Source of the DNA: Candidatus Staskawiczbacteria bacterium
Lineage (GTDB): Bacteria > Patescibacteriota > Minisyncoccia > Minisyncoccales > Staskawiczbacteraceae
DNA length: 64,000 bases
Assembly (NCBI GenBank): GCA_041659225.1
Contig: JBAZYR010000001.1
Location: 15,266-79,265, forward strand
Direction of reading: 5' to 3'
The notes beneath the pieces are model-generated. The model made no database searches. It was not told the DNA's origin and saw only the letters and a list, made by a program, of their open reading frames with translations. Position numbers and translations under genes: made by a program. Positions 1 through 8,679 of the stretch are shown here, in pieces. Within the stretch, counting starts at the first letter, position 1. Each line of letters begins with the position of its first letter.

Positions 1-292
1 AAAAACTCTCCCTCCCACAAGATAGAGAACGCTCCTTTAAAACCCTCAGTTTTGAATAATCTCCTACATGGGAAGATATCCAATCTCCCCAACCCCTTAA
101 GGTTCGAAATCCTCCCAGAAATAAAAAACGCCCACTTTCGGGCGTTTTGTTTACTAAGCTCCCCTTGGTGGACACGTTTAGAACCTTGGACTGGAAAATA
201 ATGGAAGAGGAAATGTGTAAACTGGGTTTGCTTAAACAAAAAGACCCTGAATGTATTTCTCAGACAGGGCCCTTATTCGGAGCTTAAAGTGT

Positions 293-1081
293 CTACTGTT
301 TTCTTGTGTGCAATAATCGTGGAGGTGGCACTGTTTGCATCGCCGTCGCAAGCGATACTCTATGACTCTTCATATAATAGCGGACGTAAACCGCATCGGT
401 GTTGCATAACGGTTCGCCGTTGGGCCCCCTGTGTTTGCATTTCCCAATACGGTTGCACCACGGCATTGAACATTGCTCTGGCCCAGGAGCCGGAATGATC
501 CCTTTGATTGCTTCTTGTCCAAGCTCTTGCCAAGTGCGATGTCGATGCATGCCCCGTCGGCTTAAAACCTTAAGATATGTACGACATGTTCCGCAAGCGT
601 GAAGACGTTCGCCGATTTCGCTGTCCCCTGACGGGGTCACCGTATCTTTACACCACGGCATACAGCATTTCACGGGATTGGGCTTTTCTGGCTTCCATCC
701 CTTGGGCTTTAATCGGCTGTAAGCTTCCTGAAGCGAACACTCTTCTTTTTTGCTAAGTTCCCATGCAGCTTCGTAGCAGGTACGACAAACACGTAAAAGT
801 CCGATACGACGTAACAAGTTTGTCGATACGTTCTTCAGCAATATTCTTGTGCAACCTTCACGGGCGCAAATTGTCTTAATCCGTGGCAAAGGACGTCTCG
901 GAGCAGACACATTGTCTGTGAACATTTCCTTCATAGCCTTCCCGGCTTCCTTGGATCTTTGCCAAATATATTGGTAACAAGCTCTGCACAATTGGACATG
1001 GTTAATATGTCGCGGTTCTTTTCCTATCGATTTTGCAGTTGGCTTATTGCACCACGGAGCACCACAAATCTTGCTATCCAT
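293..1081 (-). CDS. Orphan Cys-rich basic protein with four tandem C4-type (GATA/treble-clef-like) zinc-finger repeats
   Basis: Four repeats of C-x4-C...C-x2-C/D (CGAPWC..CRAC, CAREGC..CRTC, CMPWC..CGTC, CSMPWC..CNTD). Start moved to ATG 1081 because it is preceded by AGGAGG and a sigma70-like promoter. Confidence 0.7.
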   Translation of the reverse strand: MDSKICGAPWCNKPTAKSIGKEPRHINHVQLCRACYQYIWQRSKEAGKAMKEMFTDNVSAPRRPLPRIKTICAREGCTRILLKNVSTNLLRRIGLLRVCRTCYEAAWELSKKEECSLQEAYSRLKPKGWKPEKPNPVKCCMPWCKDTVTPSGDSEIGERLHACGTCRTYLKVLSRRGMHRHRTWQELGQEAIKGIIPAPGPEQCSMPWCNRIGKCKHRGPNGEPLCNTDAVYVRYYMKSHRVSLATAMQTVPPPRLLHTRKQ

Positions 1082-1123
1082 TGAGGTTACCTCCTTCGCT
1101 ATTTGAGTGAATGAACTATACAT

Positions 1124-1152
1124 AAGATACAACACAAAATAAATATTGTCAA
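1124..1152 (-). promoter_or_regulatory. Sigma70-like promoter for the zinc-finger gene
   Basis: TTGACA-17 bp-TATCTT on the minus strand. Confidence 0.55.
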
Positions 1153-1155
1153 ACC

Positions 1156-1183
1156 AAAAGCCCGAGACTCATATCTCGGGCTT
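1156..1183 (-). terminator. Intrinsic terminator after tRNA-Asn
   Basis: Stem AAGCCCGAGA/TCTCGGGCTT followed by a T-run on the minus strand. Confidence 0.65.
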
Positions 1184-1189
1184 CGTTAG

Positions 1190-1261
1190 CTCCGGTGGTC
1201 CGATTCGAACGGACAACCCACTCCTTAACAGGGAGTTGCGCTACCATTGCGCCACACCGGA
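1190..1261 (-). tRNA. tRNA-Asn(GTT), CCA not encoded
   Basis: Acceptor stem TCCGGTG/CACCGGA, anticodon loop CTGTTAA, T-loop GTTCGAATC; followed by CTA rather than CCA. Confidence 0.95.
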
Positions 1262-1315
1262 ATGTGTTATGGTAATTTATACTGTAAGCTAATTCTCTCA
1301 ATTTTTCAAGAAATC

Positions 1316-2509
1316 TTAGTAGTCTTTCACCTTTTTCAAATCCTGATGCTTTCGAAGCTTCTCCAAAGCCTTGGCTTGTATTTGACGTATCCTCTCCCTA
1401 GTTACAGCAAATTCCGCTCCTGTTTCTTCAAGAGTGTGCATCACTCCATCGTCCAAGCCAAACCTCATAGCCAATATCTTTAACTCTCGGGCAGTAAGCT
1501 CGCTAGATATTTCTTTTAATCTGCTTTTCAACAGTCTCCTGGCGGCTTCAGTATTCGGAGCTATACTCTTGTCGTCTTTGATAAACTCAGCTAAGACACT
1601 TTCCTGTTTATTCTTATCTTCTCCAACTGGAGTTTCCAAAGAAACTACCTTCTGGGCAATCTTCCTGATGTGATGGACTTTTTCAACTTCTAACTCCATT
1701 TCAGCGGCAATCTCCTCAGGTAAAGGTTCGCGGCCCAATTCTTGCAGAAGATTCTGCCTTACTTTAGTATATTTTGAAATCGTTTCAATCATGTGTACCG
1801 GAATCCTGATTGTCCTTGCCTGGTCAGCTAAAGCGCGGGTGACTGACTGCCTTATCCACCAAGTAGCATAGGTAGAAAACTTATACCCCTTTCTCCAATC
1901 AAATTTCTTTACAGCTTTAAACAAACCTAAATTACCTTCTTGAATCAAATCTAACAAACTAAGGTTGGGGGATCTCCCAACGTATTTTTTAGCGATAGAA
2001 ACCACTAACCTGAGATTCGCTAAAGCTAACTTATTCTTAGCCTCTTCGTCCCCTTTTTCTATCCTCCTAGCCAATTCCTTTTCCTCTTTTGCGCTTAAAA
2101 AACTTACCTTTCCGATTTCCTTCAAATACATCTGGATAGGATCTATTTTCCCGGCGGCTAAGGGTTTTTTCTTTTTCTCTTTTTTCCCCGTCCTAACTTC
2201 AAGAAACTCCCTCGCCTCTTTTATCTCGATACCTCTTTCCTGCAAATTATCATAAATGCTTTCCAGCTGGCTAACATCTTTTTCAATATTAGGGAAGGCG
2301 TAAAGGATCTCTGAGGTAGTGACAAATCCGCGCTCCTGGCCTTTATGCAAAAAAGCCGCCATTTGCTCTGGAGAAATTATTGATCGCTTGCCTCTTTTTT
2401 TTACTTTCTTTGCTTTTTTCTTCCTTACAACTTTCCTAACCTTTTTTGTCTTTTTGCGTTTCTTGGCAACAATCTTTTTCTTTTTTAATATCTTTTTCTT
2501 TTTTTTCAT
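1316..2509 (-). CDS. rpoD: RNA polymerase primary sigma factor with Lys-rich N-terminal tail
   Basis: [52 protein letters not shown]; downstream of dnaG. Confidence 0.96.
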   Translation of the reverse strand: MKKKKKILKKKKIVAKKRKKTKKVRKVVRKKKAKKVKKRGKRSIISPEQMAAFLHKGQERGFVTTSEILYAFPNIEKDVSQLESIYDNLQERGIEIKEAREFLEVRTGKKEKKKKPLAAGKIDPIQMYLKEIGKVSFLSAKEEKELARRIEKGDEEAKNKLALANLRLVVSIAKKYVGRSPNLSLLDLIQEGNLGLFKAVKKFDWRKGYKFSTYATWWIRQSVTRALADQARTIRIPVHMIETISKYTKVRQNLLQELGREPLPEEIAAEMELEVEKVHHIRKIAQKVVSLETPVGEDKNKQESVLAEFIKDDKSIAPNTEAARRLLKSRLKEISSELTARELKILAMRFGLDDGVMHTLEETGAEFAVTRERIRQIQAKALEKLRKHQDLKKVKDY

Positions 2510-2518
2510 AAACTATTG

Positions 2519-4336
2519 TTATAGTTCTTTTGTAAGCTTATCAAACTGCTGGACTAAATTATTAACTTTTTCGAAATCTTTTTCATTCTCTGCCTTCTTC
2601 ATTTCCTCCGACATAGCTTTCAATTTGTCCTTGACCTCAATGGATTTTAACTCCGAGAGACAAAGCTGTATTTCCTCTTCCGCATCTTCATCATATTCAA
2701 CTTCTGCCCTTAATGAAAGGGCTACCAGGAAATTCTTAAAATCCTGATCCGGCTCGCCTGCACTGTATTTGTCAGAAAAGTCAGATAAGGACTTCCTTAA
2801 ATCTTCTTCATTACCTCCATGTTTTCCCTGCTCAATGGCAAATTGCTTAAAATCTTCTAAAAACTTTTTAACCTTACCGGAAAAAAGGGGAAGACAATTA
2901 TCGTTAATTAAATCTAAATTGCTGCAATCTTTCAAAATCAAGGCCATAATCTTTTCTTCAATTATCTTCTTTCGTCCCTGGGGACCGACAAAACAGTTGT
3001 CAGCTTTTACCGGAACCGCGTTTTCTCTCGCAGCAGTAAACGTTGATTCCTTTTTTATCTTCTTTAACTCCTCTGAAAGAATATCTTCTTTCACTGAAAG
3101 CGTTGCAGATAATTTTTGGAGCCAGGAATATTGCTCGATAGCATTAGGTATCCTTTTAATAATCGGCAGTATTACCTTCCCGATAGCTTTCCTGCCCTCA
3201 GGCGCGCTTTTGTCGTAGCTGGCAAGAGCTGAATCAAAATAGTAGTCGAGTATGGAACGCGCGCCGGCTATGGCCTTGCCCCAATTAGCTGGATTTTCTG
3301 CGATAACATCCGCAGGGTCAGATCCGGCTGCCGACTGCTTAATGATTTTAATATTAAACCCTTGCTCCTGAGCCAAATCAATTCCTCTTTTGGTGGCGCT
3401 GTCCCCCGCAATATCCATATCGAAAGATAAAAGAAGGTTTTCAGAGTATCTTTTAAGAATCTCCAGATGCGGCGAAGTCAAAGCGGTTCCCGAAGCAGCT
3501 ACCGTATTCTCAAAGCCGGCCTGATGCGACATTATTACGTCGGTGTATCCTTCGGTTAAAATTGTTTGGTTCTTTTTCCTGATTTCTACCTTGGCGTTAT
3601 TCAAACCATAGAGAACTCTGCTTTTGTCATAAAGCGGAGTTTGGGGCGTGTTAATATATTTAGCTACCTCGTCTTTGCTTTTTTCCTCCGTTACTCTTCC
3701 CCCGAATCCGATAATTTGAGAATTTAAATCAAAAACCGGAAACATGATACGGGAACGAAAGCGGTCGTAATATGTATCGTTCTTTTCTGACTTTATGCAC
3801 AACCCGGCTGTTTCTATTTCTTTTCTTTCATATCCCTTTCCGACCAGGAAGTCTGTTAATCCCTGCCAAGACTCGGGCGCGTATCCGAGCCGCCATTTTT
3901 TAATGCTGTCTTGGTTAATTCCCCTTTTCGATAAATACTCTTTGCTTTTCTGTCCGGTCACGCTCGCTTCTAGTTGCTTTTCAAAAAAAAGCGTCGCTAA
4001 CTCGCATATTTCATAAAGCCGCTGTCTTGCTGTCCTCAGCTCCGGATTTTGATGTTTAAGCTCCACGCCGGCTCGCTGAGCTAAAATTCTCAAAGCGTCT
4101 CCGAACTCCACCCCCTCTATTTTCATTACAAAATCAAACACCGAATGTCCTAAACCGCATCCGAAACAGTGCCAGATTTGCCTGACAGGAGAAACAAAAA
4201 AAGAAGGGCTTTTTTCTGAGTGAAAGGGACAAACTCCCCTATAGTTAGCTCCTGCTTTTTTGAGTTTAATGTAGCTGCCGATAACGTCAACAATGTTGAC
4301 CTTATTTTTGATTTCTTCAATCTGAGAATCAAACAT
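2519..4336 (-). CDS. dnaG: DNA primase
   Basis: CHC2 zinc finger (CPFHSEKSPSF..WHCFGC), KYINTPQTPLY, TOPRIM EGYTD..FDMD; likely start MFDSQ at 4336. Confidence 0.97.
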   Translation of the reverse strand: MFDSQIEEIKNKVNIVDVIGSYIKLKKAGANYRGVCPFHSEKSPSFFVSPVRQIWHCFGCGLGHSVFDFVMKIEGVEFGDALRILAQRAGVELKHQNPELRTARQRLYEICELATLFFEKQLEASVTGQKSKEYLSKRGINQDSIKKWRLGYAPESWQGLTDFLVGKGYERKEIETAGLCIKSEKNDTYYDRFRSRIMFPVFDLNSQIIGFGGRVTEEKSKDEVAKYINTPQTPLYDKSRVLYGLNNAKVEIRKKNQTILTEGYTDVIMSHQAGFENTVAASGTALTSPHLEILKRYSENLLLSFDMDIAGDSATKRGIDLAQEQGFNIKIIKQSAAGSDPADVIAENPANWGKAIAGARSILDYYFDSALASYDKSAPEGRKAIGKVILPIIKRIPNAIEQYSWLQKLSATLSVKEDILSEELKKIKKESTFTAARENAVPVKADNCFVGPQGRKKIIEEKIMALILKDCSNLDLINDNCLPLFSGKVKKFLEDFKQFAIEQGKHGGNEEDLRKSLSDFSDKYSAGEPDQDFKNFLVALSLRAEVEYDEDAEEEIQLCLSELKSIEVKDKLKAMSEEMKKAENEKDFEKVNNLVQQFDKLTKEL

Positions 4337-4547
4337 TTTATACAAGTAATGGTACTTACATTGTATACCACATCTGCGCAAAAAAATCTATGGCATTATG
4401 CGTGGCGACTTGGGCAACGCTAAGATTACATTTTTAGTGATTACGGATAAATGCGCATACTAAGCTTTACGGTTTTATATGGTTTCGAATAAAAAAAGAG
4501 AGCGACCGATGCCGCTCCATGCTAATTGCAATCCATGATGATGGCCG

Positions 4548-5270
4548 TCAGACCTTAGCGAACTTGTTAACGACCAGTATTGTAGATCGTCGTTGCGATA
4601 TGGAAATGAATTTAACAGCTAGAGCTACTCTATTTTCCGCATTTAGCGCTTCCCAGTAAAATCTAGCTACTGAATCTATATCAGCTCTAAGCGGCATAAG
4701 AAGCGGTTCGCCGGTGAAAGCCGGCAGAGGATTACCATCCCCCGAATATGTAGTGACGCAGAAACCGAATCCGTTGCTAATCTCTTCGTAACTGTAGAAG
4801 AGTCTATCACAAGTGTCGCTCCACAGCGACTTTCGGAGAACGGCCAATCGGAATGAAGGCTCATTTTCGATGAAAGAGCATATACCGCTAATTCTTGGCG
4901 TAAAGTTTGGGGCGTCTGGTTCGTATTGACAAATATTCATAGCACCCATGAAGTTCCCAACCGATATAACCAGATCGGTTTGTACACCATTGGTAACCAC
5001 AAAAAGCTGATCGTTTTCTTTCATCGCGTTGTATATAATCAAACGCGGATCTTTCACCTTTGCAGGATCAGCCGCCTCCGTAAACAGCCTACCTCCGTCG
5101 GAACTGAAAACTCGATTGCGACTGTTTTCGCTCCTTCCCATGATCCAGTAAATCTGTACCATATTCTGGCCAGTTTTGTCCATTCCGATTACAATACCAC
5201 GTCCTGGATAAGGATTCCTACTCAAAGCGAACATATTTCTTGCCGCTGTTTCGACATCGCCTACACTCAT
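4548..5270 (-). CDS. IMP cyclohydrolase family protein (PurO-like, Ntn fold)
   Basis: NPYPGRGIVIG, YWIMGRSENSRNRVF, LIIYNAM, VTNGVQTD, YEPDAPNFTPRISG; has a GAAAGGAG SD. Confidence 0.85.
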   Translation of the reverse strand: MSVGDVETAARNMFALSRNPYPGRGIVIGMDKTGQNMVQIYWIMGRSENSRNRVFSSDGGRLFTEAADPAKVKDPRLIIYNAMKENDQLFVVTNGVQTDLVISVGNFMGAMNICQYEPDAPNFTPRISGICSFIENEPSFRLAVLRKSLWSDTCDRLFYSYEEISNGFGFCVTTYSGDGNPLPAFTGEPLLMPLRADIDSVARFYWEALNAENRVALAVKFISISQRRSTILVVNKFAKV

Positions 5271-5545
5271 GTATAGTGCTCCTTTCTTTAGACTACATCC
5301 ACGCTAGCTCTACAAATGAGGCCGCTTAAACTGTAGGTCGAAAAAACCTTTTCATTTCCATCCGTTGCTTCCCTCTACCGCATATGGTGACAGCCGACGG
5401 TAACGAAAAGCTCTTTTTTATAAAAGAGCAACTGCACACATTAAATTTACATTAAACTTAAAATATGCTTTGTCAACAAAAAAACGGTGGGGTGCGAAAA
5501 GAGAGAACAACTATTCTGACCCTCTTTCCGGGGCCAAGTATTATA

Positions 5546-5950
5546 TCAAATTGCCTTCTTTATCTTCTCTGCTATCTTTTGCATTTCTTCTGCCGACGGC
5601 TTAGGATCAATAACTTTATTCGGAAAAGCCCCTAACCCGTCGTCTATATACCTTGGTATGACATGGATATGCGCATGGGGAACGTCCAGGCCGGCTATTC
5701 CCTCCACCGCCCACTCAGTATCGAATGCCTTTCTTATGGCTTTGGCAATCATCCTTACGGCTTTCAGCAAAACGCAGTATTCGTCTTCTTCTAAGTCCCA
5801 AACCCATGTAGCGTGTTTCTTAGGAATCACAAGCGTATGCCCCTTGGCAAAAGGATTTATATCCAAAAAAGCCAGTACATCGTTATCTTCGTATATCTTG
5901 TAGCTCGGTATCTCCCCTTTCACAATTTTGCAGAAGATACAATCATCCAT
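5546..5950 (-). CDS. HIT family hydrolase
   Basis: DCIFCKIV, GHTLVIPKKH, histidine triad PHAHIHVIPR. Confidence 0.95.
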   Translation of the reverse strand: MDDCIFCKIVKGEIPSYKIYEDNDVLAFLDINPFAKGHTLVIPKKHATWVWDLEEDEYCVLLKAVRMIAKAIRKAFDTEWAVEGIAGLDVPHAHIHVIPRYIDDGLGAFPNKVIDPKPSAEEMQKIAEKIKKAI

Positions 5951-5952
5951 AT

Positions 5953-6705
5953 TTAACGGATTCTATAAGTTAAATAAATTGTCATATCCACTTCCTGCTG
6001 GCCGGGTTCGATTGTAGGGGCTGGCGCGGCATCAGGGGTTGCGCCGCCCTTAGCTAGGCTTTCGCCGTAACCATAGTATGGATAATATCCTTCAGAGATA
6101 CTTACTAATTTCCCTAGTCTAAATCCAGCCTGCCTTGCCATGCTCTCGGCTTTTGTTCTTGCCTCTTCTATCGCCTTCCCCCTGGCTTCTTGCTGAACTG
6201 CCGCCGGGTTATCAATGCTAAATTGTAAATCCCCTACTAGGGTTGCCCCATCGTTAGTAGTTTTGTCTAAGATGCTTCCTATCTTAGCAAAATCCCTTAC
6301 CTTAACTTCTATCTGCTGGCTCATAGTGTATCCTCGGAAGAACCTTCGGCCATTCTCATCATATTCATAGCGAGGAGTTAAGCTATACTGAGTAGTTTGG
6401 ATATCCTTTGCGTCAATATTTAAATCCTTTATGTCTTGAATAATCGTATTCATCTTCGCGTTATTCTGTCCAACAATCGTCGGAACGTCGCTTCCCTCGG
6501 TAACTACCCCGAGAGAGATCAAGGCGATATCGGGTTTGATAAATACTTTTCCTTCCCCGGAAACCGTAATTTCTCGAGGATAGTTCCCTGGAATGCTTTG
6601 AAAATCCAAAACTGCCTTGGAAATATATGCACCGGATAAAGCGACGATGATTATGACAGCGAGAATGAATAGACGATTAGAAAATTCAAATTGTTTTGTT
6701 TCCAT
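5953..6705 (-). CDS. SIMPL domain protein (DUF541/YggE family), N-terminally anchored
   Basis: ITVSGEGKVFIKPDIA, DIQTTQYSLTPRY, AIEEARTKAE, IEPGQQEV. Confidence 0.9.
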   Translation of the reverse strand: METKQFEFSNRLFILAVIIIVALSGAYISKAVLDFQSIPGNYPREITVSGEGKVFIKPDIALISLGVVTEGSDVPTIVGQNNAKMNTIIQDIKDLNIDAKDIQTTQYSLTPRYEYDENGRRFFRGYTMSQQIEVKVRDFAKIGSILDKTTNDGATLVGDLQFSIDNPAAVQQEARGKAIEEARTKAESMARQAGFRLGKLVSISEGYYPYYGYGESLAKGGATPDAAPAPTIEPGQQEVDMTIYLTYRIR

Positions 6706-6762
6706 ATTTTAAGCTTTAATTATTAATTAGTAGCTGAATTATATTAAATTTTATGTGAAATA

Positions 6763-7098
6763 TCAAACTCCTCGTTTAATTGCGGCTGCATAGTTAAAGG
6801 CGTAAAAATAGTCGTGCATATTTTTGTCGGTAGAGCCGTAGATATTATCAAAACAGAAATAGTCAGCCAGAACTTCCCTCAAGCGGCAGATTTCCTTCAA
6901 TCTTCTCTTATTTTTAGGGTCGATAATCGTCAAATCCAAAAGCTCTAACCCTCGCTCAAAAGCCATTTTGCTGAATTCTGAATTTTTCTCCCGCCAATTT
7001 ATCGTTCGCTCAACCTCGCTCCCGATGTTGGCCATTTGTTCGATAAAAGGCATATTAAACCACCTTCCGCCTGCCAGGTCTTTATGAATATACTTCAT
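6763..7098 (-). CDS. Hypothetical helical protein, translationally coupled to the upstream gene
   Basis: 111-aa ORF (RWFNMPFIEQMANIGSEVER); ATGA overlap with the upstream ORF. Confidence 0.8.
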   Translation of the reverse strand: MKYIHKDLAGGRWFNMPFIEQMANIGSEVERTINWREKNSEFSKMAFERGLELLDLTIIDPKNKRRLKEICRLREVLADYFCFDNIYGSTDKNMHDYFYAFNYAAAIKRGV

Positions 7099-7436
7099 TT
7101 ATCAACTACTTTATTTACTATGGAGATTATTTTCTCACGTATTTCTTCCTTATCAATCCCTCGGGTTCTATTACCTAAGCTCGGCTTTAAATTAATCATA
7201 GAATCAAACTCAATAAATTTGTCTTTTCCAACCTCAGGGTAAATATTTATTCCCCAAAGATTATTCGGCTCAGAACCATTTTCGATTAAAAGTTGCTCCA
7301 AATCAACGTGTAATTCAGCATCAACTGCCACGATTTCTTTTTCAATATCAATCACCGCTTTTACAAAATTACCGAACATTCTTTCCGATAACTCTTTTAA
7401 CTCAGCGATTGTTATTTTATCGTTGATAATTTTCAT
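7095..7436 (-). CDS. DUF5674-like protein
   Basis: VKAVIDIEKEIVAVDAELHVDLEQLL, NLWGINIYP, IEFDSMINLKPSLGNRTR; start moved to 7436 because the longer ORF overlaps tRNA-Ser. Confidence 0.8.
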   Translation of the reverse strand: MKIINDKITIAELKELSERMFGNFVKAVIDIEKEIVAVDAELHVDLEQLLIENGSEPNNLWGINIYPEVGKDKFIEFDSMINLKPSLGNRTRGIDKEEIREKIISIVNKVVDK

Positions 7437-7441
7437 AGAAT

Positions 7442-7529
7442 TGGCGGAAGGGGTGGGATTCGAACCCACGAGACCCGTAAGGGCCACGGCTTTCCAAGCC
7501 GTTCCATTAAACCGCTCTGGTACCCTTCC
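7442..7529 (-). tRNA. tRNA-Ser(GGA)
   Basis: Acceptor GGAAGGG/CCCTTCC, anticodon loop TTGGAAA, long variable arm, GGTTCGAATCC, encoded CCA. Confidence 0.96.
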
Positions 7530-7772
7530 TTACTTCACTAATCTTTTGAGTAGTTTTTCTTTTACGCTTTCTAGCTCCCACTGGTCCAAACTATCCTTCT
7601 GGTTATACCGAAGACTATTTATCTTCTCCTTTATTTCAAATTCCGTCAATCCGTCGACGAGTTCGCTCCCAAAAACCTTATCCAAATACTGCCTTTCTTC
7701 AGTTGAAATATTAGGCATAAAACGCAAGATCCGATTAAACTCATCTTTGTATATCCTTTTGGGGTCAACCAT
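7530..7772 (-). CDS. Small charged hypothetical protein
   Basis: 80-aa ORF starting 3 nt after the htpX stop and ending directly at the tRNA 5' end. Confidence 0.7.
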   Translation of the reverse strand: MVDPKRIYKDEFNRILRFMPNISTEERQYLDKVFGSELVDGLTEFEIKEKINSLRYNQKDSLDQWELESVKEKLLKRLVK

Positions 7773-7775
7773 ATT

Positions 7776-8678
7776 TTACATTTTCATGCCCCGAAGCGCC
7801 CTTATTCTCTCTTCCACTGGCGGATGGGTCATGAACAGTTTTATTATCCAATTGCTTGTTTGTTTGCCCTTGAACGGGGAAGCAATGAAAAGGTGGCTGG
7901 TCGCGTTATTAGCAACGCGCATAGGCGTTGTATCGCTGGATATTTTCTCTAAAGCCCTGGCTAATCCATCGGGATACCGGGTCAAAAGCGCGCCGTCAGC
8001 ATCAGCCAAAAACTCTCTCTTCCTGGAAATTGCCAGCTGGATTAAAGTTGCAGCTATCGGAGCTAAAATTGCAGCAACGATTCCTACAATCGCCAATATC
8101 CCGGCCATTTTACTATCTTCTGAATTACGCCTGCCACCGCCGAAATAGCTGATCCGTAAAAAGAAATCAGAGGACATGGCAATAATGCCTGCCAAAATCG
8201 TGACAACTGTCGCCAAAAGCATATCCCGATTGCCAATGTGAGACAATTCGTGGGCAATGACCCCTTCCAGCTCTATTTTCTCTAATCTATTCAGCAACCC
8301 CCTAGTGACAACAACCACTGCGTGTTTCTTATCTCTGCCCGTAGCAAAAGCATTCGGCTGGTTCTCCTCGATAATATATATCCTGGGCATGGGCAAGCCG
8401 GCTGTGATGCAAAGGTTCTCAACGACCAAATAAAGCTCGGGATTATCCTTCTTTTCAATCGGATTGGCCCTTGTCATTGCCAAAACAATCTTATCTGAAT
8501 ACCAATAGCTGCCAAAACTCATTAAAAAACTGAAGAATACGGCAAAGTACAGAATGCTCGGATTATTCAGCGAATAACTGAAAATCCATCCGATTAGAAT
8601 TACGAAAACCAAAAACCCGGCTATTAATAGCCAAGTTTTGCGGATATTGGAATCAGCTTGAGTATATAGCGTTGCCAT
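7776..8678 (-). CDS. htpX: Zinc metalloprotease HtpX (M48)
   Basis: QPNAFATGR, AHELSH (HExxH), SRKREFLADA, THPPVEERI. Confidence 0.95.
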   Translation of the reverse strand: MATLYTQADSNIRKTWLLIAGFLVFVILIGWIFSYSLNNPSILYFAVFFSFLMSFGSYWYSDKIVLAMTRANPIEKKDNPELYLVVENLCITAGLPMPRIYIIEENQPNAFATGRDKKHAVVVVTRGLLNRLEKIELEGVIAHELSHIGNRDMLLATVVTILAGIIAMSSDFFLRISYFGGGRRNSEDSKMAGILAIVGIVAAILAPIAATLIQLAISRKREFLADADGALLTRYPDGLARALEKISSDTTPMRVANNATSHLFIASPFKGKQTSNWIIKLFMTHPPVEERIRALRGMKM

Positions 8679-8679
8679 T

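Noticed and set aside
1-288. Short open frames at the window start
   Set aside because: No recognisable product; they run through a hairpin element and cannot be assigned without upstream sequence.
5290-5440. Canonical ZTP riboswitch
   Set aside because: The consensus elements (GACUG.CG..., GCCG.CCG.CUGGGC) were not found on the coding strand.
7423-8148. 241-aa plus-strand ORF
   Set aside because: It is antisense to tRNA-Ser, the small ORF and htpX; its N-terminus is the translated reverse complement of the tRNA.
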